Positions 1 to 8,593 of a stretch of 19,791 nucleotides of DNA are shown piece after piece. The translations under genes were made by a program, and so were the position numbers. Each line of letters opens with the position of its first letter. The stretch's first letter is position 1. The DNA comes from Candidatus Hodarchaeota archaeon (lineage in GTDB: Archaea; Asgardarchaeota; Heimdallarchaeia; Hodarchaeales; Hodarchaeaceae). Location of the stretch: contig JAEOTQ010000108.1 in NCBI GenBank assembly GCA_016839785.1, positions 1 to 19,791 of the forward strand. Direction: 5' to 3'. Under the pieces are notes generated by a model, which saw nothing but the letters and a program-made list of their open reading frames with translations, was not told the origin of the DNA and searched no databases.

Positions 1-69
1 CGGAAAGGAACTTGGAAAGATGCTTGTCGTAGAGAAGGACGTAGAAAATTGACTATCAAGAAGGTATAG
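1..69 (+). CDS. possible 3' end of an upstream gene (partial; RKGTWKDACRREGRRKLTIKKV*)
   Basis: Frame 1 is open from base 1 to TAG at 67-69 and converges on the rubrerythrin stop. Too short to identify. Confidence 0.35.
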   Translation, partial: RKGTWKDACRREGRRKLTIKKV

Positions 70-106
70 AAATAAAGAAAAAATAGTTAGTAGAGACAGT
101 CAACTC

Positions 107-610
107 TTACTCTACTTCAAAGAATTTGTCGTGAACTGCACCGCAAATAGGACAGACTTCAGGAGCCTCACCTTCAACGGTGTATCCACAGACTTCACAA
201 ACAAACATCTTGACTGCATCTAAGTCTTTTCCTGCCTCTGCAGCTTTTAAGGCTTTAGAGTACAGTTCATGATGTACTTTTTCAACTTGATTGGCTAAGT
301 CAAAACTTCGCTCGGCACGTTTATTGCCTTCTTTCTTCGCCTCTTCAAGAAATTCAGGATACATTGCTGTGAATTCATAATGTTCGCCTGACATTGCGTC
401 CTTAACATTTTCCACTGTGGATTTGACACCACCTACCGTACGAAAATGTGCATGCGCATGAATAGTTTCAGCAGCTGCAGCCGCTCGAAAAACTCGTCCG
501 ATTTGGGGAAGTCCATCTTTGTCTGCTTGTTTAGCATAAGCTAAATACTTACGATTGGCTTGGCTCTCGCCCGTGAAAGCTATCATAAGGTTTTTTTCAC
601 TATTACCCAT
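107..610 (-). CDS. rbr: rubrerythrin (ferritin-like di-iron domain + C-terminal rubredoxin domain)
   Basis: GESQA..Y, ETIH, GEHYE..MYP and EKVH di-iron motifs; CEVCG...CPICG rubredoxin pair. ATG at 610 lies 9 nt after AGGAG (the track start at 619 is TTG). Confidence 0.95.
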   Translation of the reverse strand: MGNSEKNLMIAFTGESQANRKYLAYAKQADKDGLPQIGRVFRAAAAAETIHAHAHFRTVGGVKSTVENVKDAMSGEHYEFTAMYPEFLEEAKKEGNKRAERSFDLANQVEKVHHELYSKALKAAEAGKDLDAVKMFVCEVCGYTVEGEAPEVCPICGAVHDKFFEVE

Positions 611-655
611 GACTATCAACTCCTATTAGTGAATGGACAAGGCTGATAAGGGGGG

Positions 656-661
656 TATAAA
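656..661 (-). promoter_or_regulatory. putative TATA box of rubrerythrin
   Basis: TTTATA on the minus strand, about 45 nt upstream of the ATG. Confidence 0.45.
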
Positions 662-787
662 TCTTATGGTTCGTCTGTCAATCTTGTTAATTCGAAGACA
701 GGAGATGCTTTAAATAGAGGATTCGACGATTATCGTAGAAGTTTTTTGAATTCTTAACGCAAAAAGTAATTCTACCATATCGTTGAG

Positions 788-803
788 GAAAAAATATATT
801 ATA
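788..803 (+). promoter_or_regulatory. putative BRE/TATA of the sdhA-sdhB-fumC cluster
   Basis: GAAAAAATATATTATA: purine run followed by a TATA-like box, about 40-55 nt upstream of the candidate starts. Confidence 0.45.
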
Positions 804-843
804 GGTGAGAATAATAGAAGAGTCTATTAAGAATAAGTAGAAT

Positions 844-2586
844 TTGGAAGGATATTCTTTGAGTGTAAAAGAATTTGATGTTTTAATTGTCGGTGGAGGA
901 CTGAGTGGGTTACGTGCAGGGTTAGAGCTTTCTAAAAAGTGGAAAGTAGCACTGGTAAGTAAAGTGGTACCAATACGCTCACATTCAGGAGCCGCACAAG
1001 GAGGTATTAATGCTGCTCTGGGTAATCATCCCGAGGGAAAGGAGGATACCCCTGAAAAGCACGCATTTGACACAATCAAGGGTAGTGATTATCTTGCGGA
1101 TCAAGATGTTGTTATGTTCATGACAAAAGAGGCACCCAAAATAGTGGTGGAATTTGAAAGCATGGGTGCCCCTTTTTCACGGTTCGAGAATGGAAAAATT
1201 GCACAGCGACCATTCGGTGGGGCAGGGTCACCTAGAACCTGTTATGCTGCAGATCGAACTGGACACGCATTACTCCACACGCTATATGAACAGTGTATTC
1301 GCCAAGGAGTCGATTTCTATGACGAATTTTTCTTGATTGATCTGATTTCTGTGTATAACACAGTGACTGGTGCACTTACTCTCGATTTAACAACTGGAGA
1401 GTTGGTTACATTCCGTACTCCGTATGTCATACTAGCCACAGGTGGATTTGGACGAATTTTTACTGCAAGTACTAATGCAATTATTTGTACTGGTGATGGT
1501 GTAGGTGCTGCATTTCGAGTGGGTGTCCCCATGCAGGATTGTGAATTTATCCAGTTTCATCCCACTTGTCTGTATGGTTCAGGAATTTTAATGAGCGAAG
1601 GGGCTCGTGGAGAAGGAGGATTACTCTTTAACAACAAAAAGGAGCGTTTTATGTTAAAAATCGCACCAGAAGCCAAGGAATTAGCACCCCGCGATATTAT
1701 CGCACGGGCGATAACCACTGAAATTAATGAGGGACGCGGATTTGAAGATGCGTATGTTCATTTAGACTTAACTCATCTTGGAGCAGAACGTATAAAAGAA
1801 CGATTACCGGGAATTCGTGACATTGCCATTGATTTTGCTGGTGTAGATTCCATAGAAAAACCTATTCCTGTACATGCAGGTCATCATTATAGTATGGGTG
1901 GAATTGGGACTAAATTTGATGGTGATTATTGCGAAACCTCCCTCGATGGTTTATGGGCTGTTGGTGAGAATGCGGCAGTCTCTGTTCATGGTGCCAATCG
2001 GTTAGGAGGAAATAGTTTACTTGAAACGGCAGTGTTTGGAAGGTATATAGGAAGAAAAATGTTGGAAAGAGGTTTACCATCTCGCCCATCTTTAGATAAG
2101 ATTATTGCAGCCGAAAAAGCCACTCTGGATAATATTGAAGGATTATTTAAGCGATGGGAGAGTAATTCTGGTAAAAAGGCGGTAGAAATCCGTGAAGCGA
2201 TGGGGGAAACTCTAAGTCGTAATGTGTTTGTGTTTCGGAAAGAGTCGGAGTTACAACAAGCTGTCAACGATATGAAAAATTTTCAGAAAGACTTTGAGAA
2301 TGTGTCCCTGACAAATATCTCTTCTCCCGCCGCTAGGAAGTTTAACTACGGATTAGTGCGAACCTTGGAGCTAAGAAATATGATTGACATAGCAGAAGTA
2401 ACCGCGTTTGCCTCACTATGGAGAAAAGAAAGTCGTGGAGCACATTACCGTACAGATTATCCAACACGTAAGGACGAAGATTATCTGGTCCATTCAATGG
2501 TTATCAGAAATAATTCAGGTGATCTTGAAATGCATACGAAACCAGTCAAACTGGGAATATTTGAACCTAAACCGAGGGAATACTAA
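844..2586 (+). CDS. sdhA: succinate dehydrogenase/fumarate reductase flavoprotein subunit
   Basis: GGGLSG Rossmann motif, RSHSGAAQGGI (covalent FAD His), QFHPT, SEGARGEGG, ELAPRD, HYSMGG, HGANRLGGNSL, ESRGAHYR. The true start may be TTG at 859 after GGAAGGA. Catalytic direction (Sdh vs Frd) cannot be determined here. Confidence 0.95.
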   Translation: MEGYSLSVKEFDVLIVGGGLSGLRAGLELSKKWKVALVSKVVPIRSHSGAAQGGINAALGNHPEGKEDTPEKHAFDTIKGSDYLADQDVVMFMTKEAPKIVVEFESMGAPFSRFENGKIAQRPFGGAGSPRTCYAADRTGHALLHTLYEQCIRQGVDFYDEFFLIDLISVYNTVTGALTLDLTTGELVTFRTPYVILATGGFGRIFTASTNAIICTGDGVGAAFRVGVPMQDCEFIQFHPTCLYGSGILMSEGARGEGGLLFNNKKERFMLKIAPEAKELAPRDIIARAITTEINEGRGFEDAYVHLDLTHLGAERIKERLPGIRDIAIDFAGVDSIEKPIPVHAGHHYSMGGIGTKFDGDYCETSLDGLWAVGENAAVSVHGANRLGGNSLLETAVFGRYIGRKMLERGLPSRPSLDKIIAAEKATLDNIEGLFKRWESNSGKKAVEIREAMGETLSRNVFVFRKESELQQAVNDMKNFQKDFENVSLTNISSPAARKFNYGLVRTLELRNMIDIAEVTAFASLWRKESRGAHYRTDYPTRKDEDYLVHSMVIRNNSGDLEMHTKPVKLGIFEPKPREY

Positions 2587-2588
2587 AG

Positions 2589-3362
2589 GTGAAGAAAATG
2601 GTAGAAAAACAGAAATTTTTGGTTTATAGAAAAAACCCTGGAGAAACCCCCCGTTATGAACGATACACTGTTCCATTAAAACCTGGAATGAGTGTATTAG
2701 AGGCATTATTTTACATACAAGATCATTTAGATTCTAGCTTTGCTTTTCGTTATGCCTGTCGTGGAGCGATCTGTGGTTCATGTGGTATCACCATTGATAA
2801 ATTCCCCCAATTGGCGTGTAGGACACAAGTTACTGCTGTTAAGTCAACAAAGAAACCTCTCAAACTTCCTGAGCTAACTTTTGGAGAGGTACCGAATGAT
2901 TGGAATCAAGAAACGGAAATTCTTATTGAACCTTTACCCAACATGGAACCAATTAAAGATCTAGTAGTGGAAATGGAACCTTTTTGGAAATTTTATGAGG
3001 AAGTTAAACCTTATTTTGTACGGGAGTACATTGATGTTCAACCTGAATCATTACAATCCTTTGAAGATGCACGATCTATCGAACATCTTGTATACTGTAT
3101 TTTATGTGGGATATGCTGGACTTGCCCTGTAAATGCCACTAATTCCAATTATCTCGGACCTACAGCGCTAGCCAAAGCATATCGTTTTATGGCTGATACT
3201 CGTGTAGATGACTCTCATCGAAGCGTAATTGCTGGTCGAGTCTCGAAAGAGGATGGGGTACCTGCCTGTGAAAAACACTTTGTATGTAACCGAGTTTGCC
3301 CCAAAGGAGTCAAACCTGGAACAGCAATTCAAAACACTCGGAAAGAATATTTGACCCCATGA
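2589..3362 (+). CDS. sdhB: succinate dehydrogenase/fumarate reductase iron-sulfur subunit
   Basis: CRGAICGSC...LAC ([2Fe-2S]), CILCGICWTCP, CEKHFVCNRVCP ([3Fe-4S]-type), EPLP...IKDLVV, YLGP. Directly follows sdhA; ATG at 2598 is an alternative start. Confidence 0.93.
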   Translation: MKKMVEKQKFLVYRKNPGETPRYERYTVPLKPGMSVLEALFYIQDHLDSSFAFRYACRGAICGSCGITIDKFPQLACRTQVTAVKSTKKPLKLPELTFGEVPNDWNQETEILIEPLPNMEPIKDLVVEMEPFWKFYEEVKPYFVREYIDVQPESLQSFEDARSIEHLVYCILCGICWTCPVNATNSNYLGPTALAKAYRFMADTRVDDSHRSVIAGRVSKEDGVPACEKHFVCNRVCPKGVKPGTAIQNTRKEYLTP

Positions 3363-3414
3363 ATTTACTGCCTATAGGTTCGATCTTTCTATGATAAAAA
3401 GATGAGGAAAAGTA

Positions 3415-4818
3415 ATGACGACCTTTCGTGTTGAAAAGGACAGTTTAGGAGAAGTTAAAGTTCCCGCAGAAAGCTATTGGGGAGCCCAAACTCAGCGTTC
3501 TATCGAGAATTTTCCTTTTGAATCTTCAGCTCACCTTCGCTTTCCCCGGGAATTTATTCGGGCATTGGGAATTGTTAAGAAGGCATGTGCAGAAGTAAAT
3601 GGGGACCTCGGTTTATTGTCTCTTGAAATTGCTCAAGCTATAAGTAAAGCGGCCCAAGAAGTAATTAATGGGAAATTTGCTAACCAATTTCCCCTACTAA
3701 TCTGGCAAACTGGATCTGGCACTCAAACAAATATGAATATGAATGAAGTACTTGCAAATCGTGCCAATGAGATCCTCGGAGGTAAACTAGGATCATATGC
3801 TCCTATTCACCCCAATGATCATGTTAATAGGTCTCAATCTTCAAATGATGTGATTCCTACTGCCATGCATGTATCTGCAGTTTCATCAATCTTTCATTCT
3901 CTTCTTCCTTCCCTAAAAATTCTGAAAAATACTCTCAAAGAAAAGGAGGACAAGTATGCAGATATTATTAAGACAGGAAGGACGCATCTCCAAGATGCAA
4001 CCCCGATATCTTATGGACAGGTCTTCTCTGGGTATGTTACTCAGATCGCTAAGGGTATAAAACGAGTTGAAAAATCTCTTTCCAATCTATATGAACTAGC
4101 GCTGGGAGGAACAGCTGTCGGTACTGGACTAAATACACACCCTGAATTTGCTGAGAGCACTGCGCACATTATATCGAAAAATACGAATATCGCGTTTATT
4201 ACCGGTCACAATAAGTTTGAAGGTATAGCTGCCCATGACGCGATTGTAGAAATGAGTGGTACACTGCGTGTAATTGCCGTGAGTATGATGAAAATTGCCA
4301 ATGACATACGTTGGTTAGGGTCTGGCCCTAGAAATGGTTTAGGAGAACTTATATTACCAATGAATGAACCTGGATCATCTATTATGCCTGGAAAGATCAA
4401 TCCTACTCAAGTTGAATCTGTTACTCAAGTTGTCGCCCAAATCATTGGAAACGATGTAGCCATTGGCTTTGCTGGTTCCCAAGGCAATTTTGAGCTCAAT
4501 GTGTTTAAACCCATCATGATCTACAATCTATTGCAATCAATCCAATTGTTAGCTGATGTTTCACGAAATTTTGCTCAAAAATGCATTGCAGGTCTTACTG
4601 TAGATACAGCAAGAGTCAAAAGCGATTTGGAACAAAATCTAATGCTAGTGACTAGTCTCACTCCCTTAATTGGCTATGAAAAAGCAGCTGCAGTGGCCCA
4701 TGAAGCGTATAGCACCCAAAAGACATTAAAAGAAGTTCTGCTTGCCCAAAAGCTTCTATCCGAGTCAGAAATCGATAAAGCCCTCGATCCTTCGAAGATG
4801 ATTTCACCAAGGAAGTGA
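3415..4818 (+). CDS. fumC: class II fumarate hydratase
   Basis: FRVEKDSLG, YWGAQTQRS, WQTGSGTQTNMN, HPNDHVN.SQSSND, GRTHLQDATP and the GSSIMPGKINP signature. GAGGA RBS. Confidence 0.96.
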   Translation: MTTFRVEKDSLGEVKVPAESYWGAQTQRSIENFPFESSAHLRFPREFIRALGIVKKACAEVNGDLGLLSLEIAQAISKAAQEVINGKFANQFPLLIWQTGSGTQTNMNMNEVLANRANEILGGKLGSYAPIHPNDHVNRSQSSNDVIPTAMHVSAVSSIFHSLLPSLKILKNTLKEKEDKYADIIKTGRTHLQDATPISYGQVFSGYVTQIAKGIKRVEKSLSNLYELALGGTAVGTGLNTHPEFAESTAHIISKNTNIAFITGHNKFEGIAAHDAIVEMSGTLRVIAVSMMKIANDIRWLGSGPRNGLGELILPMNEPGSSIMPGKINPTQVESVTQVVAQIIGNDVAIGFAGSQGNFELNVFKPIMIYNLLQSIQLLADVSRNFAQKCIAGLTVDTARVKSDLEQNLMLVTSLTPLIGYEKAAAVAHEAYSTQKTLKEVLLAQKLLSESEIDKALDPSKMISPRK

Positions 4819-4836
4819 CTCAATCACAAATATTGA

Positions 4837-5283
4837 TCACATCGTAGATCTTTCTTCTAAAAGGGTTTTCAATCCATTGAGGACGACATCCCAACTTTCC
4901 GATGTATGATTGAATTGCTCTTCTTTTTGGAACTCACCTTGTGAAACATGTAACTGGGTTCCAACCTCCGTTTTACTTAACTGGTATATCACTTGTGTAT
5001 GCCTAGAGACATCATCCTCAAATTCAGGTGCAAAACATGTATATTCCAAGAGTTCTCCTTTTTTAATTCTTACAATTAGTCCTTTAACTGGAATGACTTC
5101 TTTCCCCTCTGAAATCATTTTAAATATTATGGGATCGCCAGTATTCCAGTCGGAAATTGCTTCACAGTTGAGAAAATACTGCTTGGTAATTTTGGGATCG
5201 GTCAGTGCATTCCAAACCGTTGAAATATCAGCTTTAATAGTAATATCTTTTTCTACAGTTAATTCTTTACTCAACTTGCCCAC
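4837..5283 (-). CDS. SRPBCC / activator of Hsp90 ATPase 1-like (AHSA1) domain protein
   Basis: ITIKA...VWNALTDP..TKQY, SDW..G, GT.L.V.Q and W..VL.GLK.LLE pattern typical of CalC/Aha1-like proteins. Confidence 0.85.
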   Translation of the reverse strand: MGKLSKELTVEKDITIKADISTVWNALTDPKITKQYFLNCEAISDWNTGDPIIFKMISEGKEVIPVKGLIVRIKKGELLEYTCFAPEFEDDVSRHTQVIYQLSKTEVGTQLHVSQGEFQKEEQFNHTSESWDVVLNGLKTLLEERSTM

Positions 5284-5484
5284 TTCGTGTAAATAAATCG
5301 GTTTAGAGGTATTTTCACTCAGTTTACTAATAAATTTATTATCTGTTTGACGTAGACTTTGATGGAAAAATGACTGAACTGGAAAAAGGCAAAAGGTCCC
5401 TAGTTTCCTTTTACCTAGTCTGATTTCTCATTGGTAATTGTAAACATTTTTCACATATGAAAATAATATAATGTTAATCGGGTC

Positions 5485-6054
5485 GTGTTTGTTGAATTGC
5501 TGAAGGTGCTTTATTCGAGTGGAAGACGGATAATCATTACGGCAAGTTTGGTTCTTGTGGTAAGCCTGCTTCTTAGTATGATTCTTATTCAGGCGTGGTT
5601 TGATTCTGAGGTCAAAAAACAGCTGAATGCCACAGAAACAAGCATTAATTCCATAGAAGTCTTAGATATTAGCTATACAACAAAAAGCGCCAATTTGACC
5701 ATTAATGCATCCGTTTCCAATCCGCATGATATTGAAATAACGGTTGCAGAAACCAATTTCTCAATTGAATATCACGGAACGCGTATGGGAGTTGTCCGCA
5801 TGCCCAAAATCATTTTGGAATCGAATTTGGTCTCACTAGTGTTTAATACAACCTTCATTCTTGGAGGGATTTTACCGATTACTTATTCTTACTTTGCAAT
5901 AGATCTTTTTGCCGATGGAGAAGTATCAGTTAATATCACTGGCAGCTTGACCTTAAGCGCACCAGCATTATTTTTCACGGTTTACTCAACTACGAGTATT
6001 AACACGGAAATCGTGCTAACAACGGATCTTATTTTGTATTCAAGGATGATTTAA
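5485..6054 (+). CDS. membrane-anchored LEA type 2 (WHy) domain protein
   Basis: N-terminal hydrophobic helix, then a beta-rich domain with V.NPH.I.I.V....F.I.Y.G..MG (variant of the LEA_2 NPN motif). Confidence 0.7.
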   Translation: MFVELLKVLYSSGRRIIITASLVLVVSLLLSMILIQAWFDSEVKKQLNATETSINSIEVLDISYTTKSANLTINASVSNPHDIEITVAETNFSIEYHGTRMGVVRMPKIILESNLVSLVFNTTFILGGILPITYSYFAIDLFADGEVSVNITGSLTLSAPALFFTVYSTTSINTEIVLTTDLILYSRMI

Positions 6055-7013
6055 TTTCCAAAAACGCCTTTACTCAAATATTTCTGTCCTGAATCGGGAA
6101 AAACTGTAATAATAGAACCTTTTGCACTTGGTTCACTTTCTAGCCAAGTTAAAATACCGTGTAATTCCGCGCCTGAACTAGGACCAACAAGTCATGAAGA
6201 TTCCGATGCAATTCGACGAGTCATATTATTAGCATCTCTTTCCGTTATTTGAAAAATACCATCTAGCTCCTCACGTTGGAGAATCCCAGGTTTTTCTTTA
6301 ACCATCAATGTGTTTTTCAACCCAGGAATAGTACTAGTATTAGTGGGTTCAACTCCATAGACTTTGAGATTAAGATTTTGCTCTTTTAAGAATCTACTGA
6401 TCCCAATGATTGTACCCCCTGTTCCTAAACCTGCGAATAAGTAATCAACATTACCATGTGATTGTGCCCATATTTCCGGGCCAGTTGTACAATAATGGGT
6501 TTTCCAATTCGTGTCATTATTGAATTGATCTAGCATTACATACTCCTTGGAGAATTTCTGGGCCATCTCACGAGCTTTTCGGATTGCCCCATCCATACCC
6601 TCTTCTCCTGGAGTTGAGATAATCCTTGCACGATAGGAACGTAGGATATCTAACCGTTCTTGACTCATCGAGTCAGGAATGACAAGGGTAATATCAATAC
6701 CTAGAAGTCTGCCTACCCAAGCTAATCCAATTCCAGTATTGCCTGAAGTTGGTTCAATTACACATCTTCCATTCAGTTTTCCTGAAGATTTCAATTCTTC
6801 AAGCATATAAAGGGCAATACGATCTTTAACCGACCCTCCGAAGTTGAACATTTCTAGTTTTGCAAAGACCCGTACATTTGGAAATACTGCTAATTCTGAT
6901 AAATTCACCAGTTCAATAAGAGGGGTATTGCCAACATAATGAAATGCAGGAGGATGCATATGCTTCTCTAAAGTATAATGTGGAGGAGAATAACTCTCAA
7001 CAAAAATAGTCAC
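6051..7013 (-). pseudogene. cysM: cysteine synthase (CysM/CysK family, PLP-dependent) interrupted by one in-frame TGA at 6194-6192; pseudogene, sequencing error or readthrough
   Basis: VGNTPL, KLE.FN.GGSVKDR (PLP Lys), EPTSGNTGIGLA, QF.N..N...H..TTGPEIW, GLGTGGT, IPGLKN. After the TGA the same frame continues LVGPSSGAELHGILTWLESEPSAKGSIITVFPDSGQKYLSKGVFGN to TAA at 6053-6051, which is the canonical C-terminus. Confidence 0.85.
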
Positions 7014-7300
7014 CTTTCACCATTCTAACCTCAATGAAGACGTTTCACTGGTACTTCATTAAATACATGATTCGGAATCCGTAAAAGTGAAAATGTGTTA
7101 TTACAATGTAGTTACAGAAAGGATATACCAGTATTCATAATTCTTCTTCCGTTTGTCTATTATGCTTAATTTTCTTACGAGATACATCTCGTAGCAGTAA
7201 TATGCGAACGATAGCATATAACTTGAGATTGAGGCTAAAACTTTAATACGAACAAATTAACATCTCATGAAGCATTATTGACAACTATTTTCGTTGGGAA

Positions 7301-8428
7301 GTGACTAGGATTTCAGAGGATATTACCGAATTGAGTGAAGTCGATGTAAAACAAAGACGATTAAAATTACGAATACTAGGTTTAGGATTAATATTTATCT
7401 TCATTGCTTTCTTATTGTTACAATTTTTTGTTCAAATGCGTTATCCTCCCGAGTTAAAACTTCCTATAGAGTTGCAACCAGAGTGGACGAGTGATGTAAA
7501 TCGTGTCAAAACGATGCAATTTGTTGGAGATGTTGGAATAGTTATTGGGTGGATTATTCTTATTATTGGTGCACTGCTGGTTATTTATGGTTTCATTAAT
7601 ACGCTACTAGACCCACATTTAAGGGTACCTCGACGATTTGAACAAAATATTGTAGAAGCAATAAAATCTAATCTCTCTACGGATCGAAATTTCGTAATTT
7701 TGTTTGCAGGTTCAGTCATTTTTGGTATTATTTGGCTTTTTAATCTTTTAACCTATCCCAGCGATGGACCTCTTTATTTTTTGCGAGAACCAAATTTACA
7801 AGCCTATTATCCGACCGTCCCTGTTGAGGATCTTCCTGCGCTATCAACCTATGGAGGTTTTGCAGTGATTCAAGATACTGCAATCCTTTTATTGTTCATC
7901 TACGTAATATATGTAAGGTTACGACCTGGAAAGCAATTTGCTGAAGATTTTGTGTCATTTGCTTTAGATCGAACGGCTTTTCTTGTCCTCTTAATAAGTG
8001 TCAGTATTTTCCATGCAGTTGGTCACTTACCCTACGAGCTTTATGGTAAGGGCCAATGGGGTACAGGATTTACGGATATAAATTCATGGATTGCGTTTGA
8101 TAAGATAGCTCATGGTTTAACTAGTGCCGCAATTACGATGTTAATTGTTTATATTATTACTGATCAGTTTAAAAATTATGGGGCCGAGAGTACATCAGCT
8201 AAATTGTTTGGGATTGTGGTAGCAATTGCATTTATGATTAGTTTAGGACTAGCTTGGGAAATTTTTGAATGGATAACAAACGCTCTACTTAATCTTGGTC
8301 ATTTCGTCGATGAGATTTTGGATGCCCCGAAAGATCTTGTTTGGGATGCAATTGGTGCTGTTCTTGGTGCATGCTTGGCAATAATAGATATGTATCTTGA
8401 AAGATCAAAGGTTGATACAACCTCTTAA
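7301..8428 (+). CDS. polytopic membrane protein with C-terminal VanZ/DUF2238-like domain
   Basis: About 8-9 hydrophobic segments; FHAVG...FDKIAH...AWEIFE...DAPKDLVWDAIG motif set. Confidence 0.7.
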   Translation: MTRISEDITELSEVDVKQRRLKLRILGLGLIFIFIAFLLLQFFVQMRYPPELKLPIELQPEWTSDVNRVKTMQFVGDVGIVIGWIILIIGALLVIYGFINTLLDPHLRVPRRFEQNIVEAIKSNLSTDRNFVILFAGSVIFGIIWLFNLLTYPSDGPLYFLREPNLQAYYPTVPVEDLPALSTYGGFAVIQDTAILLLFIYVIYVRLRPGKQFAEDFVSFALDRTAFLVLLISVSIFHAVGHLPYELYGKGQWGTGFTDINSWIAFDKIAHGLTSAAITMLIVYIITDQFKNYGAESTSAKLFGIVVAIAFMISLGLAWEIFEWITNALLNLGHFVDEILDAPKDLVWDAIGAVLGACLAIIDMYLERSKVDTTS

Positions 8429-8593
8429 AATGGATCAATTCTTCATTTCTGGGTGGAAAATAAGTTTGAAACTAATTCGTCTTGATCTGTAGCTTGAAAA
8501 AGGCCTTTCGGAAACAGCATGTTGGTTATTATTTTTAGAAATAATGATCTGTTATTGCCCTAAGCAACTCAAAATAATCAACGTTGATCCCAG

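Noticed and set aside
1154-2706. Short alternative-frame and antisense ORFs inside sdhA/sdhB (1154-1336, 1317-1532, 1986-2267, 2408-2629, 2515-2706)
   Set aside because: They overlap strongly conserved genes and carry no motifs; shadow ORFs.
3360-4818. Genome-wide UGA reassignment (Trp/Gly) as the explanation for the in-frame TGA
   Set aside because: sdhB and fumC end at TGA at their expected full lengths, Trp is encoded by TGG, and no other gene here has an internal TGA.
4206-5296. Antisense ORFs 4206-4400 (-) and 4910-5296 (+)
   Set aside because: They lie opposite fumC and the SRPBCC gene, which have clear family signatures.
6190-6205. An alternative frame near the cysteine synthase TGA reads G-I-F-M, like the CysM 'EEGIF' motif, suggesting a frameshift
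   Set aside because: The in-frame reading already has the expected length (RRIASESS*LVGPSSG vs RRLAREEGLLVGPSSG), and the shifted frame hits TAG a few codons later without rejoining GPSSG.
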